A stretch of 61,825 nucleotides of DNA, filler included, from Thamnocephalis sphaerospora (Eukaryota): the NCBI GenBank assembly GCA_003614735.1. It is 12 parts of 12 records of this genome, joined end to end, with 100 filler letters (N's around TTAATTAATTAA, not from the genome) between each part and the next. Parts side by side here need not be neighbours in the genome. Positions count along the whole stretch, not along the records: positions 36,166 to 41,236 come from KZ993313.1; positions 41,337 to 46,391 come from KZ993314.1; positions 46,492 to 51,545 come from KZ993315.1; 9 more parts are not named here. One strand, written 5' to 3'. A program made the translations under genes and the position numbers. This document shows, one piece after another, positions 38,926 to 50,945 of this stretch; the stretch's first letter is position 1, and each line of letters begins with the position of its first letter. Under the pieces are notes generated by a model that was not told where the DNA came from, made no database searches, and saw only the letters and a program-made list of their open reading frames with translations.

Positions 38926-41236
38926 ATGTTGCGCTTTGCAATGCAGCGATGGCTGCTTTTACTCGGGCTGCCACCGCTTTGGCTGGCTGTCGTGCCATTC
39001 ACCGGACGGATCGGTGAGAGCGACGTTACCTTGTTGTTCTGTGGCTAGAAAACGCTAACGTGTGTGTGTATGCATTATTGTTGGTAGATAGCGTCACCGT
39101 GGCAGCAGACTGTGGCGTGCTCAGTGCTCCGTCGACTCTCTGTCCTGATATCATCTACGCGACGAACGTGACTGATGCCAAAGAGGTTGATAAAACCATC
39201 AAAGGTGAGCGCGCGCCTACACATGATAATGTACCATGCCACCAGAAAGGCTGATGCAGTGCATGGACAGTTTTACTGGACAAGATCAGCCGCGAAGGTC
39301 TTGAGAGCACTGGCGCTGACTGTTTCCTCTCGATACGTCGCTCGCTCTGTCTGACGCACTACCGCAAGTGTAACGCCGATGCGGGTGGGAAGCTAGTGCC
39401 GGTATGCGAGAGCGTGCGTAAGCAGACGCTGGAAGTGTGCGGCAAAGGCGGCGTGTTTGCCGACACATCGGTGATCAAAGCACATCTGGACGAAAGCGCG
39501 TTTGCCGAGTCGAACGACTGTGTTGCCGTGGCCGCTGGTGCCAAAGTGAGCGATGCAAAGGCAAACAGCAATGCCACCGACACTGCGACCGCTACTACAT
39601 CGACAAAGCCTGGCTCGGCAACGTCCACGGCCAGTGCCACACCCACCAAAAAAACAGTGCGCACATGCACGCTGGACGATATGCACACGGCGTACGAGGA
39701 TCACTGCGCAAAACGGCAAATACGCCTTGTGCTGATGCGTAAAAAGAGCGAGGTCAGCTGCGAAGATCGGGATGGTCTGACCAAACGACAGCGCACGACA
39801 AAGTGTGCATGTCCGGCCGATCGTCTGCGCACCTACACCTCACAGTGCTCCACAGAAGGAAGGCGCGCGATCATCGCGTATCAGCCGGACCTGTCGGTGC
39901 AGCAATGCGACCGGCATCTGTCGGTGCCCGTGCCACGCAATGAAACATGCGACGCCAAATCGGCAAACAGCTGGATGCCACAGGATGTCCGTCTGGATTT
40001 CCGCGGCATGAACTGGGCCATGCACACAGGATGCGCACCTAGTCGTTGTTTTGAGGGCAGCGATCCCGAAAAGCATGTCAAGGATCCTGAATGCCTCACT
40101 CCACCGGCAAACTGCACTGGGTACGTGTTGCAAAGCATTTAGCTGACGACTGGCGCAAGTTAACACGGCGCAACGTGGTGTTTGTCGGCTGTTTCCTTCT
40201 AGCTGGAACTTGTCGGAAAACGGCGCGCATAGTCCATCACTGGCCGCTAATCTGACCTCGTACCTGGAGTTTGCCGTCTCGTCGCTGGTAAGCAAGGACG
40301 CGTGGCGCATGCGGATATTCGCCAGCTCACCATAAACGGGCATGGAGTAGAACACCGCCAAGAACCCATCGTTGCTCTTCACCTTTAGTGCGCAGACGGA
40401 TAGAGCGGTGACCAGTGGTCTACGCGTAATGCTGGACGGCCGCGAGCGCATGACCATGATTGGAGATCAGAACGCCACTGCAGGCTACGAAGTGGCGATG
40501 GTGCCTGGATTCATGCACTATATCCGCTGGGAATGGATCGGCGATGGTCAGGCCTCGACGCATGCTAGCATCCATGCATTCGTTCTACGCGAACTGGTGG
40601 CCGAGATTAACACGCATCCTATGGCACCGCGGCCAAAGAATACGCCAGTGTCGTCTTTGACCAGCACGGCAACAGCCACAAGTTTGTCCACCGCTTTGGC
40701 CACTTCATCGGCCGCAACGACAGCGACGACGACGGCGACGACGATGGCCACTACGGTAACGGCTGCCACAGCATCTGCATCACCAAAGCCATCGATCGAA
40801 GCTGCCAAGCCTAGTAGCAATACAGAGGAGCTTCCTGGCACGGACGCAGTCGTCACGCTAAACTCAACGCAGCTCACCGCCAACATCAACCATCAGCCTG
40901 TGCGGCGGCCGTCGACCAATGCTACCACGGCGCAGAAACCACAAAGCCCGTTCACAATACCAGATGCCAACAATGCCACGGCGACGGCTACCATCGACGA
41001 AGTAGCGGTATCTCGCCGCTTTTCGGGTGGTGTGTTTGTCACCGTGCTCTTTATTGCCGGCGGCGTTGGCTTGAGTGCGCTATTTTTATGGCGGCGGCGA
41101 ATGGGCCGTCCCAACGACCATGCACTTGGCCGCTGGCTAAAACGCCGATATGCGCTTGTACCCAGCAATGTGCACGGTCTAGGCGTAGGCGGCAGTGGCA
41201 TGTCGGGTAAACTGGAGGATGACGTGCGACTGGAGA
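38926..41236 (+). CDS. Type I membrane protein: signal peptide, Frizzled-like Cys-rich domain, further Cys-rich repeats, beta-sandwich, S/T stalk and TM helix; 3' truncated
   Basis: Multi-exon reconstruction with GT-AG introns; DCFLSIRRSLCLTHYRKC...PVCESV...C; TM helix GVFVTVLFIAGGVGLSALFLWRRR. Confidence 0.7.
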
Positions 41237-41336
41237 NNNNNNNNNNNNNNNNNNNNNNNNNNNNNNNNNNNNNNNNNNNNTTAATTAATTAANNNNNNNN
41301 NNNNNNNNNNNNNNNNNNNNNNNNNNNNNNNNNNNN

Positions 41337-41386
41337 GCGCCGGCAATGGCGCCGGCAAGAGCAAGACAGAAGGCCTTCTTGAACAT
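41337..41386 (-). CDS. Signal-peptide start of a probable second S1/P1 nuclease paralog, truncated
   Basis: MFKKAFCLALAGAIAG closely resembles MFKKTILLAVAGAIVS of the neighbouring nuclease on the same strand. Confidence 0.5.
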
Positions 41387-42607
41387 GATGTCGTCAGGTT
41401 TAGGGGGTTCGTCGCCAGCAATGCAAGATGATGCCTTTGCACAAACGATGCGCACACTGTACAGGTGGCTTATATGCTGACGTGCACTGTAGAGCATGCG
41501 CATGCTGTAATGCCTTTTGCTGCATGCGCTGAATTGAGAAGCCTCCTCCGCTGCAGGACGCAGGATGCTAACGCCACGGCGTTCCTGCCCGACAATTCGC
41601 TGCGCGTCGGAGCACTCGTTGTGCGGAGGCACGGAGATGTTTGCGGCGCCTGAAGCAAGAAACTACGGTGCTCTTGCAGCTGTCTGCAGTCGATTGGCAG
41701 TGGTGCCGACAGACAATCTTTTGCAAGGTGCTGCACACAGTGACTACTCTATAGCGCCTGCCATTGCCTAGTCTACCGCAAAATGACTCTAGGATCATCG
41801 TCAAATAGCTGATGACCAGTATAGACGACAGCAGCTAAATGGCGCTGCTCACTGTCAATTATGAACGACTGTCAGGGAGTATGGCTCTGATCATTAGGAC
41901 AGCATCTTCAGTCCATACTTGTGCCTAAAACCAGTCTACCAGAATAGCAGATGACTATCATGTGTATGCCAGAGACATGCCATGGCATCGTGCCCAGCGG
42001 CAAGTGGATGATTGGTCCGTTTGAGATCAAGCGGACAGGGTGGCGCTGCTGAGATGCAAGAAGACCGCGAGTGGCATTTCCGCAAAACAAGGTCCATGCG
42101 CATATTATGCGACAATTATGAAAACTCCGTCGGCAGACCAGAGGTTGCCCGTGACAGAGTAGCGTGAGCAGTATCCAAGCCCCGATGGGCTGGCTCGGTA
42201 TAACGCACTGAAGATGACCCCGACCTGGAGACCCTTGGCCAGATCGGCAAGCTTTCTCTCTTGTTCCGATCCAACACGCCGCAATCCCACGAAGAGCAGG
42301 AAATCGGTGTGGCAAAAAGGGGATTTGGCCGTGTGTGTGTGTGTGTGTGTTGGCAGCCACCACCACGGCCGCTATATCATGCAGGAAAAAACAAGCAGCA
42401 ACATTCGCATGCGCGTCGACCATCGGCTAGATCATAGCAAGTTACCGAGCGGCTGCGACACGTCATTGTCGGCAAAATGGACCCTCTATTAGACACCGAT
42501 TGGCAAGATGCGACATGTAACGCTTTGTACAGTCACACCTTAATGCCATATAGCGAGTCCAATGCCGCTGCTAGTGGGGGAACGGATTTACTAACGCATA
42601 AAGCTGT

Positions 42608-43510
42608 TTAGCTAATAGTACAGGAAAGGCATTTGCTGGATTTGCCCTTGAACAAGGTGTTGAAGTAGTAGGCAGCACGCACAGCGGCACGAGAAATGAA
42701 ACGGTTGATGTTTTCCGCATTCTCAGCGTAATAGCTGGTGCCCAGCTCCAGATCATCACGCTGCTTGGCGGCATAGTACGTCGGGAAAATGTAGTTGCAG
42801 TTGAACTGGTTGGCCTCATTGATCCACTCTACAACGCACGAATCAAGCGTGGCGCCGGTCTTTTTGAAGCAGGACACCCATGACGCTGTGCTGCTAGCGT
42901 ACTTGCCCTTGACAATATCGTACTCTAGCTGGTTGACATAGCCATCAAAGTTGTGGTTGATCGTTTTGACGAGAATGGTGCTATCCCACACGCTGTGAAG
43001 ACTGGTCTTGGCTCCATTCCAGTGGCACTTGTTGCCGTTGCCTCCGCGCTCTACCTCTGTGGCATGTAGTGGTTGTGCAATGTCGCCGAGAAAGTGCAGC
43101 AGGAACTTGACGGCCTCCTGGCGATCAGCTTCCGATGCCTGGGCGACGGCACGCTCGGTGTAGTTGGCAATGCCGGTAACGACACACCTGCCATTTGCGC
43201 AGTGGGATGGCACGTAGGTTGTGCAGGTGTCGGGTGTTGTGCCGGTGAGTCCAACATAGTGCAGTGAACTGGCCCAGTTGTAGCTCGAGTTGCTCTTGAT
43301 GTTGTCGGCCCAGGCGCCGGCAAGACCAAAGTCGCCATGCACGGACGGATCGCTGCCAAGCAGCCGTTCGAGTGTGCTGCGCACCTTTGTGTTGAGCAGA
43401 CGCTGCGTGAGAAGGCCAACGGCGGTATGGCCATCTTTACCCCAGGCATGGACGGCCGGCAGACTGACAATGGCGCCAGCAACGGCAAGGAGAATGGTCT
43501 TTTTGAACAT
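42608..43510 (-). CDS. Secreted S1/P1 nuclease
   Basis: Signal peptide then WGKDGH, WAD.IK, LHYV, HFLGDIAQPLH, GGN, LHSVWD zinc-ligand motifs. Confidence 0.95.
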   Translation of the reverse strand: MFKKTILLAVAGAIVSLPAVHAWGKDGHTAVGLLTQRLLNTKVRSTLERLLGSDPSVHGDFGLAGAWADNIKSNSSYNWASSLHYVGLTGTTPDTCTTYVPSHCANGRCVVTGIANYTERAVAQASEADRQEAVKFLLHFLGDIAQPLHATEVERGGNGNKCHWNGAKTSLHSVWDSTILVKTINHNFDGYVNQLEYDIVKGKYASSTASWVSCFKKTGATLDSCVVEWINEANQFNCNYIFPTYYAAKQRDDLELGTSYYAENAENINRFISRAAVRAAYYFNTLFKGKSSKCLSCTIS

Positions 43511-44704
43511 GGTGCGCTTAAATCATTAAATCCTGGTGGCGTAAAGGAGTTTCTGGGACGTGGTGCAGCCTTGGGACGTGCTGGGCTTTGGGTGACAGAA
43601 TGCGTGCGTAGCGATGTGCTTGTGACTGGGTTGACGTGTTGAGGATGATGGCTGACGCTGGCGGCGTGTGCTGCGTACCGGCAACTTATATGTCGCGGCA
43701 TCACGCGCTCGTGCAGTATGCCATCGCTTTTGGTAGCGGCGATTCGACGGACGAGATGTGCGCCGCATTGGCGTTGTGCGCCGTCGAGTAGTCTTGCGTT
43801 TTGCGGCAACACCGACCCACGACTATGTCACAAGCGGGTACAATGTAGCAAGTCGCTTTACCCAGCACTCGCCGCCGCTCCCTCCGCAAGTGGATTTGGG
43901 CTCACCAGACATGTGTGCAGTGCCCAACATTAGATGCAATCCCGTGCGCGTGCAACGTTAGCTAGGCATGTGTGACAGCGCCAATCTCATCGTCTGCCTG
44001 CCTGTCTTCCTATTCCAGTGTAGTACAACCTACAATTACGGAACTAGCTTATCCCGCTTGCCTTCCGCCCGCTTTATCCCGTGCTGCGCCAAATCGAACC
44101 TTCCCGCGAAGGCACCGGCAAAAGCAGCCCCGACTGGCTGCACGTTATCTTCGACTGACGTAATGAGATGAGGGCGGTTGTCCCGTTCGGCCATTCTCAG
44201 ATGCGCGCCAGCTGAGGCCTCGGCACGACCGCAAGTTAGCACGGCGGTGAGTTGACCGGATTAGCTACGCGAAACGGTGTATTGGCGGGTAATCGTCGAC
44301 ACCTAGGTAACCGCACCTGGTGCCCAGTCGGCTAGGTCACGGTGGCTGTTGCCCAGCCTACACCGGCGGTAGGGAGGCGTAACTAGCGTAAAAGGGGCAA
44401 GGCAAGCGGTTGCTGGCTTGCCCCTCCACAGGGTTGCTGCGCAGCGCAAATACGCCCTGCTGCTAGGTGCCTGCGATGCATCCTCTCTTCACCGTAACTT
44501 GTCCACGTTTCCAAGAGCTCTGTGGCTAGCACTACTTTGTAAAACGCAGGGACCAGCCATTATCGACAGTCGACGGTGCACAGTTTGCAGTAGCACTGCG
44601 CAGCCATGCGGAAGATTACCCGAAATCCAGCGCTTACTGCTTCAGAACAGCCATCTGGGGCTATAGGTTATCGAAAGCCGGACGAGACAAGCACAAGTCG
44701 GTCC

Positions 44705-46276
44705 ATGGCGCACCAGCAGTACTTTCTGCCAAACCAACCGCAGTATGCCGGCGCGCACCAGCGTTCGCCGTATCAAGCCGCCGCAACGCCGCATAGAACG
44801 CGTCAGTGGCAGCTACAGCGACCTGCCAACATTGCTATGCTTGGCACGCATGGTGCACAGTCACCGCCACCACAGTATTACTATACGCCAGCCCCTTCAA
44901 TACAAAGTCTGTCTCCGCAACAGTCACGTGGGCCTCAACATTTACCTCTGCAGTCGCCACGCCAGTACCAATACCCACAACGTGCATTGCATGCATCACA
45001 CACCGAGCAGTTGGCCGAACTCCCAGACAGCTATCCACAGCCTTCCTACCACGCAGCAGGACGCCGCCATCCTGCATCAAACTTGTCTAGTAGCCAGCAA
45101 CCCCCGGCGCCGTCTCTTTCATTGTCGTTACAATCGCGCGTGCTGATGAACCAGCTAGCGCGGCACCATGCCCCGCTCATCCGCCATCGATCGCGCAAGA
45201 GCGGCAGAAAGCACCGTCGACCAAATATGTGCCATGAGCAGCCACAGAAATCGCGCAGCACGACCAAGCAACGTGTCGACACTGTTGTCGTGCCGTCAGC
45301 TTCAAGCAGCTACCACACCAATGCAAAGAAGAATTCGGGTAGCGAATCTGCAACCACTGCAGCTTTAGACAACCGCAAGGCGTCTGCATCCGCCTCCTCG
45401 CAGCCATCGTCAGCGTCAAACGCTACCAAAGAGCGCCTGCCAAGTCATCGCGACGACTTGGTCGCACTGGGACATCCGCTGATTGCGCTTCCTCATTACC
45501 TATCACCACAAACACAGGACATGTGTGCCCATCTGGAACGTATGGGCAAAAACACGCGTATTCTGGCCCCGGGCGTGCGTCCACTGCCGGCAGATGTCCC
45601 CATGTCTGGAATCGATGCTTCGCATCTACTGAGCAAAAACTTTATTCCTATGCCATGGGGCGAAAGGCCCAGCGGCCAAGCATCCCAAGGATCCAGTGGT
45701 CTGGAAAAAGCAGATGGCAAGTCTCAGAAGCAAGCCATGCAGTCGTATCAACCACAGAAAAAGCGATACCACTGCATCGTGCGCCTATGTCGCAGATACA
45801 GCATCTGGATTCGTGCCATCGCCATTTGCCTGGCGGGCGCCTCATCTATACTGTTCCTGACGTCGTACTATGCTCTCGATGCAGATCCAAAGGTGCACAC
45901 ATACGGCATCACGCTGGCGCCAATTTTGTATGCCGCAGCAACAGCGCTGCTGGCATTTCTGATCTCTGGACTTGCGGTGCCGACGCTCATCTGGCGCACA
46001 CCAACTCAAATCTACCGTGCGCTAGCGATGGCAGACGGTGTCGTCATGACCTGCTGGCTGGTGGCGGGCATCATCATTCTTAGTCCTACGGACGATCCGG
46101 TGGCGCCGCGCCCGTTCGTCTGCAATCCGTCCTATAACCATATCAGCACCTGCAAGCGCCTGACTGCAGGTTCCATACTTACGTTTCTATCGGCCGTGGT
46201 GCATGTCGCTCTTCTTGGCAGCAGCCTCCTACATATTCGGCGACGACGGCTCGCGGAGCTCATCGACAAGTGCTAG
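44705..46276 (+). CDS. Protein with a long Q/P/S-rich N-terminus and a C-terminal four-helix MARVEL-like membrane domain
   Basis: Four hydrophobic helices; D....TCWLVAG and a Cys pair before the last helix fit fungal MARVEL-type domains. Confidence 0.65.
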   Translation: MAHQQYFLPNQPQYAGAHQRSPYQAAATPHRTRQWQLQRPANIAMLGTHGAQSPPPQYYYTPAPSIQSLSPQQSRGPQHLPLQSPRQYQYPQRALHASHTEQLAELPDSYPQPSYHAAGRRHPASNLSSSQQPPAPSLSLSLQSRVLMNQLARHHAPLIRHRSRKSGRKHRRPNMCHEQPQKSRSTTKQRVDTVVVPSASSSYHTNAKKNSGSESATTAALDNRKASASASSQPSSASNATKERLPSHRDDLVALGHPLIALPHYLSPQTQDMCAHLERMGKNTRILAPGVRPLPADVPMSGIDASHLLSKNFIPMPWGERPSGQASQGSSGLEKADGKSQKQAMQSYQPQKKRYHCIVRLCRRYSIWIRAIAICLAGASSILFLTSYYALDADPKVHTYGITLAPILYAAATALLAFLISGLAVPTLIWRTPTQIYRALAMADGVVMTCWLVAGIIILSPTDDPVAPRPFVCNPSYNHISTCKRLTAGSILTFLSAVVHVALLGSSLLHIRRRRLAELIDKC

Positions 46277-46491
46277 ACGTAGCGGCTGGCAGCGCACTTT
46301 TTCTCAACGACTACGTGTACATGATCGAATCCGTTTCGAACCAATTAGTCTGTAATGCTAAGGAATTCGAATAAAGGCGGTCTGACCCAGTNNNNNNNNN
46401 NNNNNNNNNNNNNNNNNNNNNNNNNNNNNNNNNNNTTAATTAATTAANNNNNNNNNNNNNNNNNNNNNNNNNNNNNNNNNNNNNNNNNNNN

Positions 46492-48183
46492 CGCAGCACA
46501 ACGCAATGCTAGGCCATTCGCCTTTGCCTTTGACATTGACGGCGTGCTCATCAAGGTGCGAGCCACGCTGCTTTGGTCCGTGCGGCACTGGAAAACTAGC
46601 TGACCATTCTGCAGGGCAGCAAGGTGCTGCCGCCAACGCGGAAGATGCTGCAGTTCATTAGTGGAGAGAACCCACTAGGAATGTAGGTGCTGGCGGTGTG
46701 GTAGTGGCTGGGTGTCTACGCTATGTGCATGTCAAATATCTTACAGGCACGTTGGCCAGCAAGGTGCCGTTTATCTGCCTTACGAACGGTGGAGGCGTCA
46801 CCGAAAAGCAAAAGGCAGAGCAGCTGAGCGACATGTTTGACTTTGAGGCAAGCCATCGGTTGGACTATCGGTAAGGTGGTCATATGCGGCTGACACGCGT
46901 GCATCGCAGATCTCGCCCGACCGCCTGGTTCTGGCGCACTCTCCAATGCGTGCACTTGCAGAAACCTATGCGGATAAGCTGGTATTGGTGCTAGGCGGTC
47001 GCGAAAAGTCATGCAAACAGGTGGCCCATCAGTGAGTAGTTGCATAGTCTGGTATTTTTGTCGCGCACCACTTACGCAGCGTGCGCCAGCTATGGATTCC
47101 GCCGTGTAGTGCAGCCTAATGATATTTACAGCTGGAATACCTCCGTGTGGCCGTTCAAAACAACCAGCACCTGGCTTAGTGGTGTAGGTGGCGTAGAACC
47201 GGAGCACATGACTGGAGCATTAACACGATCATGACACATGCAGGATCGCTTTGATTTCCACAAGGAGCCGATCCAGGCCATTATGATGTTTCACGACAGC
47301 TGCGACTGTGCGTAGATTGTCGCTCGCCATAACGATGCGAACGTTAATTCGAGTGTGCACCACAGGGGGTACCGATCTGCAGATTGCCATGGATGCGCTG
47401 CTGGCTCGGGACGGATACCTGAGCACCATGCGTGCTGCAGACGAAACAGCGCAACAGATTCCGCTCTACTTTTCCAATCCAGATCTGGTGAGTGATTGCT
47501 AGGATCATGTATAGCTGTGGGTGTGCTCTTGGCCGCGTATATCCGGTGACGTCTGCTGCATATGCTAATGAAAGTAGCTATGGAGCAACGACTTTCCAGT
47601 GCCACGATTTGCACAGGGCGCATTCCGCGTTGCGCTTGAAGCGCTCTACAAGGTACGGTATCCAGTACTGTTGCTACCGCAGTCATATCATGCTAATCAC
47701 AAAGCATGCACACAGGATGTCACGGGCAAGAAGCTGGAATACACGCTGTTTGGAAAGCCAGAGACTGTGACTTATCAGTTTGCAGAGCGCGCTATTCGCC
47801 AGCAGCTGAGTCTTGCTGATCAACAAGACGCATTGATGGAGCCACTGCAAGTATACGGTAAGCGCTCAATGTTGCATCGTCATTTGTGCTGCACTGTGCT
47901 TACACGGCATCCGTGTTGATGTACTGGCTCGTTAGCCGTTGGTGACAACCCCGCAGCCGGTAAGTACATAAACCTGCATAGCAGTGCCTGTGCCGACTGT
48001 CTAATAATTCACTCCACTGGTTTAGATATCGCGGGTGCCAATGGCTACGGCTGGACGTCTATCCTGGTTCGCACGGGCGTTTTCCAAGGCAGAGACAACG
48101 ATCAGAAATATCCGGCTGCCCACGTTGCCGATCACGTCGGCGATGCTGTTAGATGGGCTTTCGAGCGTGAAATGGGCGTTTAG
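46492..48183 (+). CDS. HAD-superfamily class IIA hydrolase (CECR5/HDHD5-like), many short exons, 5' truncated
   Basis: FAFDIDGVL, LTNGGG, LAHSPM, YFSNPDL, FGKP, VGDNPAADIAGANGYGWTSILVRTGVF. Confidence 0.92.
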
Positions 48184-48693
48184 ATGACTTTGTTTCAAAT
48201 ACACTACTTGCGTCAGCCGCGTGCGTAGCAGAACGGTGTGCGCAGGTTAGCATCGACAATCCTTGGCCCAGCACAGTGTCTCTGCCATTCGAGTTTGGAT
48301 CGATCGCAACGGCGTTGCTGCAGGATGCCGCTATTACCAGCCACATGCTGAGCGCACACCCGTGCCGGACACCACTACTAGTGCCGGTATTTCATAGAAC
48401 ATGATACCATCGCGCGGTGCGCGCATGTTGCCGGTTGATCCTGGTGTCATCCATGCAGTACGAGTGTCACTGATCGGCTAGTACAATGATCATAAAAATC
48501 CAAATCAAGCACAAGCAAAGCCAGCTCGTGCAGAAAGCAGCAATCTTGCGCAAACATCACAAGCTAAACACTGTTGTACCGCTCGATAGCATGACTCATA
48601 CAAACAGCTTGAGCTGCAAAACGGTAAACCAGGAGTTTATATAGACAGAGAGCAAGCAAGTAAACAGAGCACACATCGCTGGCGATGCAGCAG

Positions 48694-50229
48694 CTATGCG
48701 TCATCGTTAGCGGCTGGCTGTTTTTCAATGGGCTGCTGCTTTGACCAGAGTATGTTTTCCGTATAGTCGACAATCTGCAAAGGGTGCCTTTTGCAGACAT
48801 AATATTTCTCGCACTCATCGCATTTGCGTTTATCCCGGTAACCATCGCTTGGCCAAGCGGTCGGGTAACAATGGCCCGAGCTATTATGTCCTACACGAAT
48901 GTTTGGAGCATTCCATGTCGCATTCTCGGGTATCCTTTTCCATTGATGGGCAGATGGATACAAGCCACTGGTATCCCAGCAATCAAGGTGTACACGGCGC
49001 ACCTCTGATCCGTCTACCAAACTCAATAGGGTGAATTTCGAACTTGTGAATGAAGTCAATAAATTGTGAGACGCAACTAATTGCAGTTTGTCGAAATGAC
49101 CTAGTCTTGTCCACTTTCTCTTCAATAGTATACCGGCTGTACTTTCCGTCAGCTCTACCAACGTCATAAACCTTGACCTTTTATAATCGGGATTGAGCCG
49201 GTGAAGACCGCTTACGATGAATCTGTTGCTGTCGATGCGCAACAATGAGCTGCCTACGTTGTATTCTTCTATCGTTAACTTTGCCTCATATTCCAATGAC
49301 AGTGTTTGATCAATCTTCATCTGCCGCACTTTGATGATGGATGAGCGGTCTCCAGAAAAGGTCCGCTCTTCCATAGTCCAGAAAAAGCATATCCTGCCTG
49401 CCTCCGCGCTTAGAATGCAAGAATCAACCGGTTTGTCATCCTCACATGTGAAACGCTGATTGTTGGCAAAATCGTACACCAGTAGAGTTGCTGTTGTAGT
49501 TTTCCTTGGATTATAGTATCTGGCTAGAACCCAGTTTTCATATACATCCAAATCAATCGTGGAGGGGCTTATTGCAACCTGCCGAGGTAACTCGTCCAGC
49601 GCATCAAGGTGCCAAACAAATAAAATATGGTGTTCTGCGTAGCTTTCGGCAAGGACAAGCAAATACTCGCCCGAACACCATACGTTATTCCAATACACCA
49701 CCCGAATTATCCCCTCACCTTCTAGCTCATCATCGTAGATTCTATGATAATACGGGGTTTCCAGAATCCATACTGGTTGCTGTTGGGACGGCAGTAGCCA
49801 CTGCGATGCAACCAATGGGCTATCTGGAAACTCGATGGCTTGAATACGGGTGCCACATGGAGGATAATCTGCCACCTCGCTAAGACTGTGTATCGAGTAT
49901 TGACCGTGGCGCCAGCAATACTCGGTAGCACAGCGTTTGCCGTAGGCGTCAAACCAGTCGAGCTGGATATCTTTGTGCAAGACTGATGCCTCGCGGACAG
50001 CACTGCTGCTAAAGAGCTCAGGGTGACGCGCCCGCGTGTACTGGCGTAACCACACCTTTTCACTTTCATCCAATTGTGAAAACTGCTGTCTAAAACGCCT
50101 ACGCCATAGGCTTTGCCGACAAGATACGCGAGCACGCCATTGTCGAGACGTACATGCCAGTAGAAATAGTGTGTTGTCGTCGACAGCCTCGATAATGTGA
50201 ACAAGTGCGTCCTCTGATAGACGATCCAT
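48694..50229 (-). CDS. Intronless F-box protein with a beta-rich C-terminal region
   Basis: MDRLSEDALVHII...LFLLACTSRQWR...SLWRRRF; later W...Y..R...E..WRHG pattern. Confidence 0.8.
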   Translation of the reverse strand: MDRLSEDALVHIIEAVDDNTLFLLACTSRQWRARVSCRQSLWRRRFRQQFSQLDESEKVWLRQYTRARHPELFSSSAVREASVLHKDIQLDWFDAYGKRCATEYCWRHGQYSIHSLSEVADYPPCGTRIQAIEFPDSPLVASQWLLPSQQQPVWILETPYYHRIYDDELEGEGIIRVVYWNNVWCSGEYLLVLAESYAEHHILFVWHLDALDELPRQVAISPSTIDLDVYENWVLARYYNPRKTTTATLLVYDFANNQRFTCEDDKPVDSCILSAEAGRICFFWTMEERTFSGDRSSIIKVRQMKIDQTLSLEYEAKLTIEEYNVGSSLLRIDSNRFIVSGLHRLNPDYKRSRFMTLVELTESTAGILLKRKWTRLGHFDKLQLVASHNLLTSFTSSKFTLLSLVDGSEVRRVHLDCWDTSGLYPSAHQWKRIPENATWNAPNIRVGHNSSGHCYPTAWPSDGYRDKRKCDECEKYYVCKRHPLQIVDYTENILWSKQQPIEKQPAANDDA

Positions 50230-50779
50230 GATAACGTAGATGGCCACAAAGCAATACAAGTTCAGTAAAGTGAAGCGGAATGGCTAGTGAAGATTGCTGA
50301 AACAAGCGGTGACGGAAGCAGGGTATTTGAGCATACGCATGCAGCTATTTATGGCAACGGCGAGGCCATCATATTGGCGTCATGTGACACCTTGCTCACA
50401 AACAATGGCACGTCTACTCTACGAAAATTGTATGCGCTGTTGCGAGCCTGCGGCAAGGGGTCAGTACTAGCGTAGTTGGGTCGAGTAGCCTTAACTAGGT
50501 TGTAATGGCACTGCTGAGACAGGCATAGGCTGCATGCTGCAGGCAGTCTGCTGAGATAGATGCGTTACGCTAGATGTAGCGTGAGAGCGCGACGCGGAAG
50601 GAGAAAATATGCAAGAAAAAGTATGCTGTTTATTCTGCCGGCGCGCGATGGCGAGACTTTTACAGCTACGCCGCCGCGCACATATACTGATGACAGAGGT
50701 CAAAGAGCGTCGGGATAACATATATGGGTACGGCGGCGAAAAGTGATTGCTCCAATAGCCGGCGGCGGCAACAACGTAC

Positions 50780-50945
50780 TCTGATAGACAATCCATGGTA
50801 ATATGGATGGCTAAGGAGCAGCGCTGGCTCAGTAAAACAAATCGGAATGACTAACGAAAGTTGATGAGGCAGGCGTTAACGGAAGCAGGGTGCTTGGACA
50901 CACGTACGCGGCTATTTATGACAGCGACAAAGCCATCATACTAGC
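50780..50945 (-). pseudogene. Diverged partial duplicate of the F-box gene start and upstream region
   Basis: Aligns by eye to ~50213-50378 (CTGATAGAC.ATCCATG, ACGGAAGCAGGGT, GCTATTTATG, GCCATCATA). MDCLSE vs MDRLSE, then similarity stops. Confidence 0.7.

Noticed and set aside
44090..44430. RNase P-like GGGAAGGTTCG motif and a GGGGCAAG/CTTGCCCC hairpin as a structured ncRNA
   Set aside because: No matching P4/CR-V partner found; one hairpin is not enough in GC-rich DNA.
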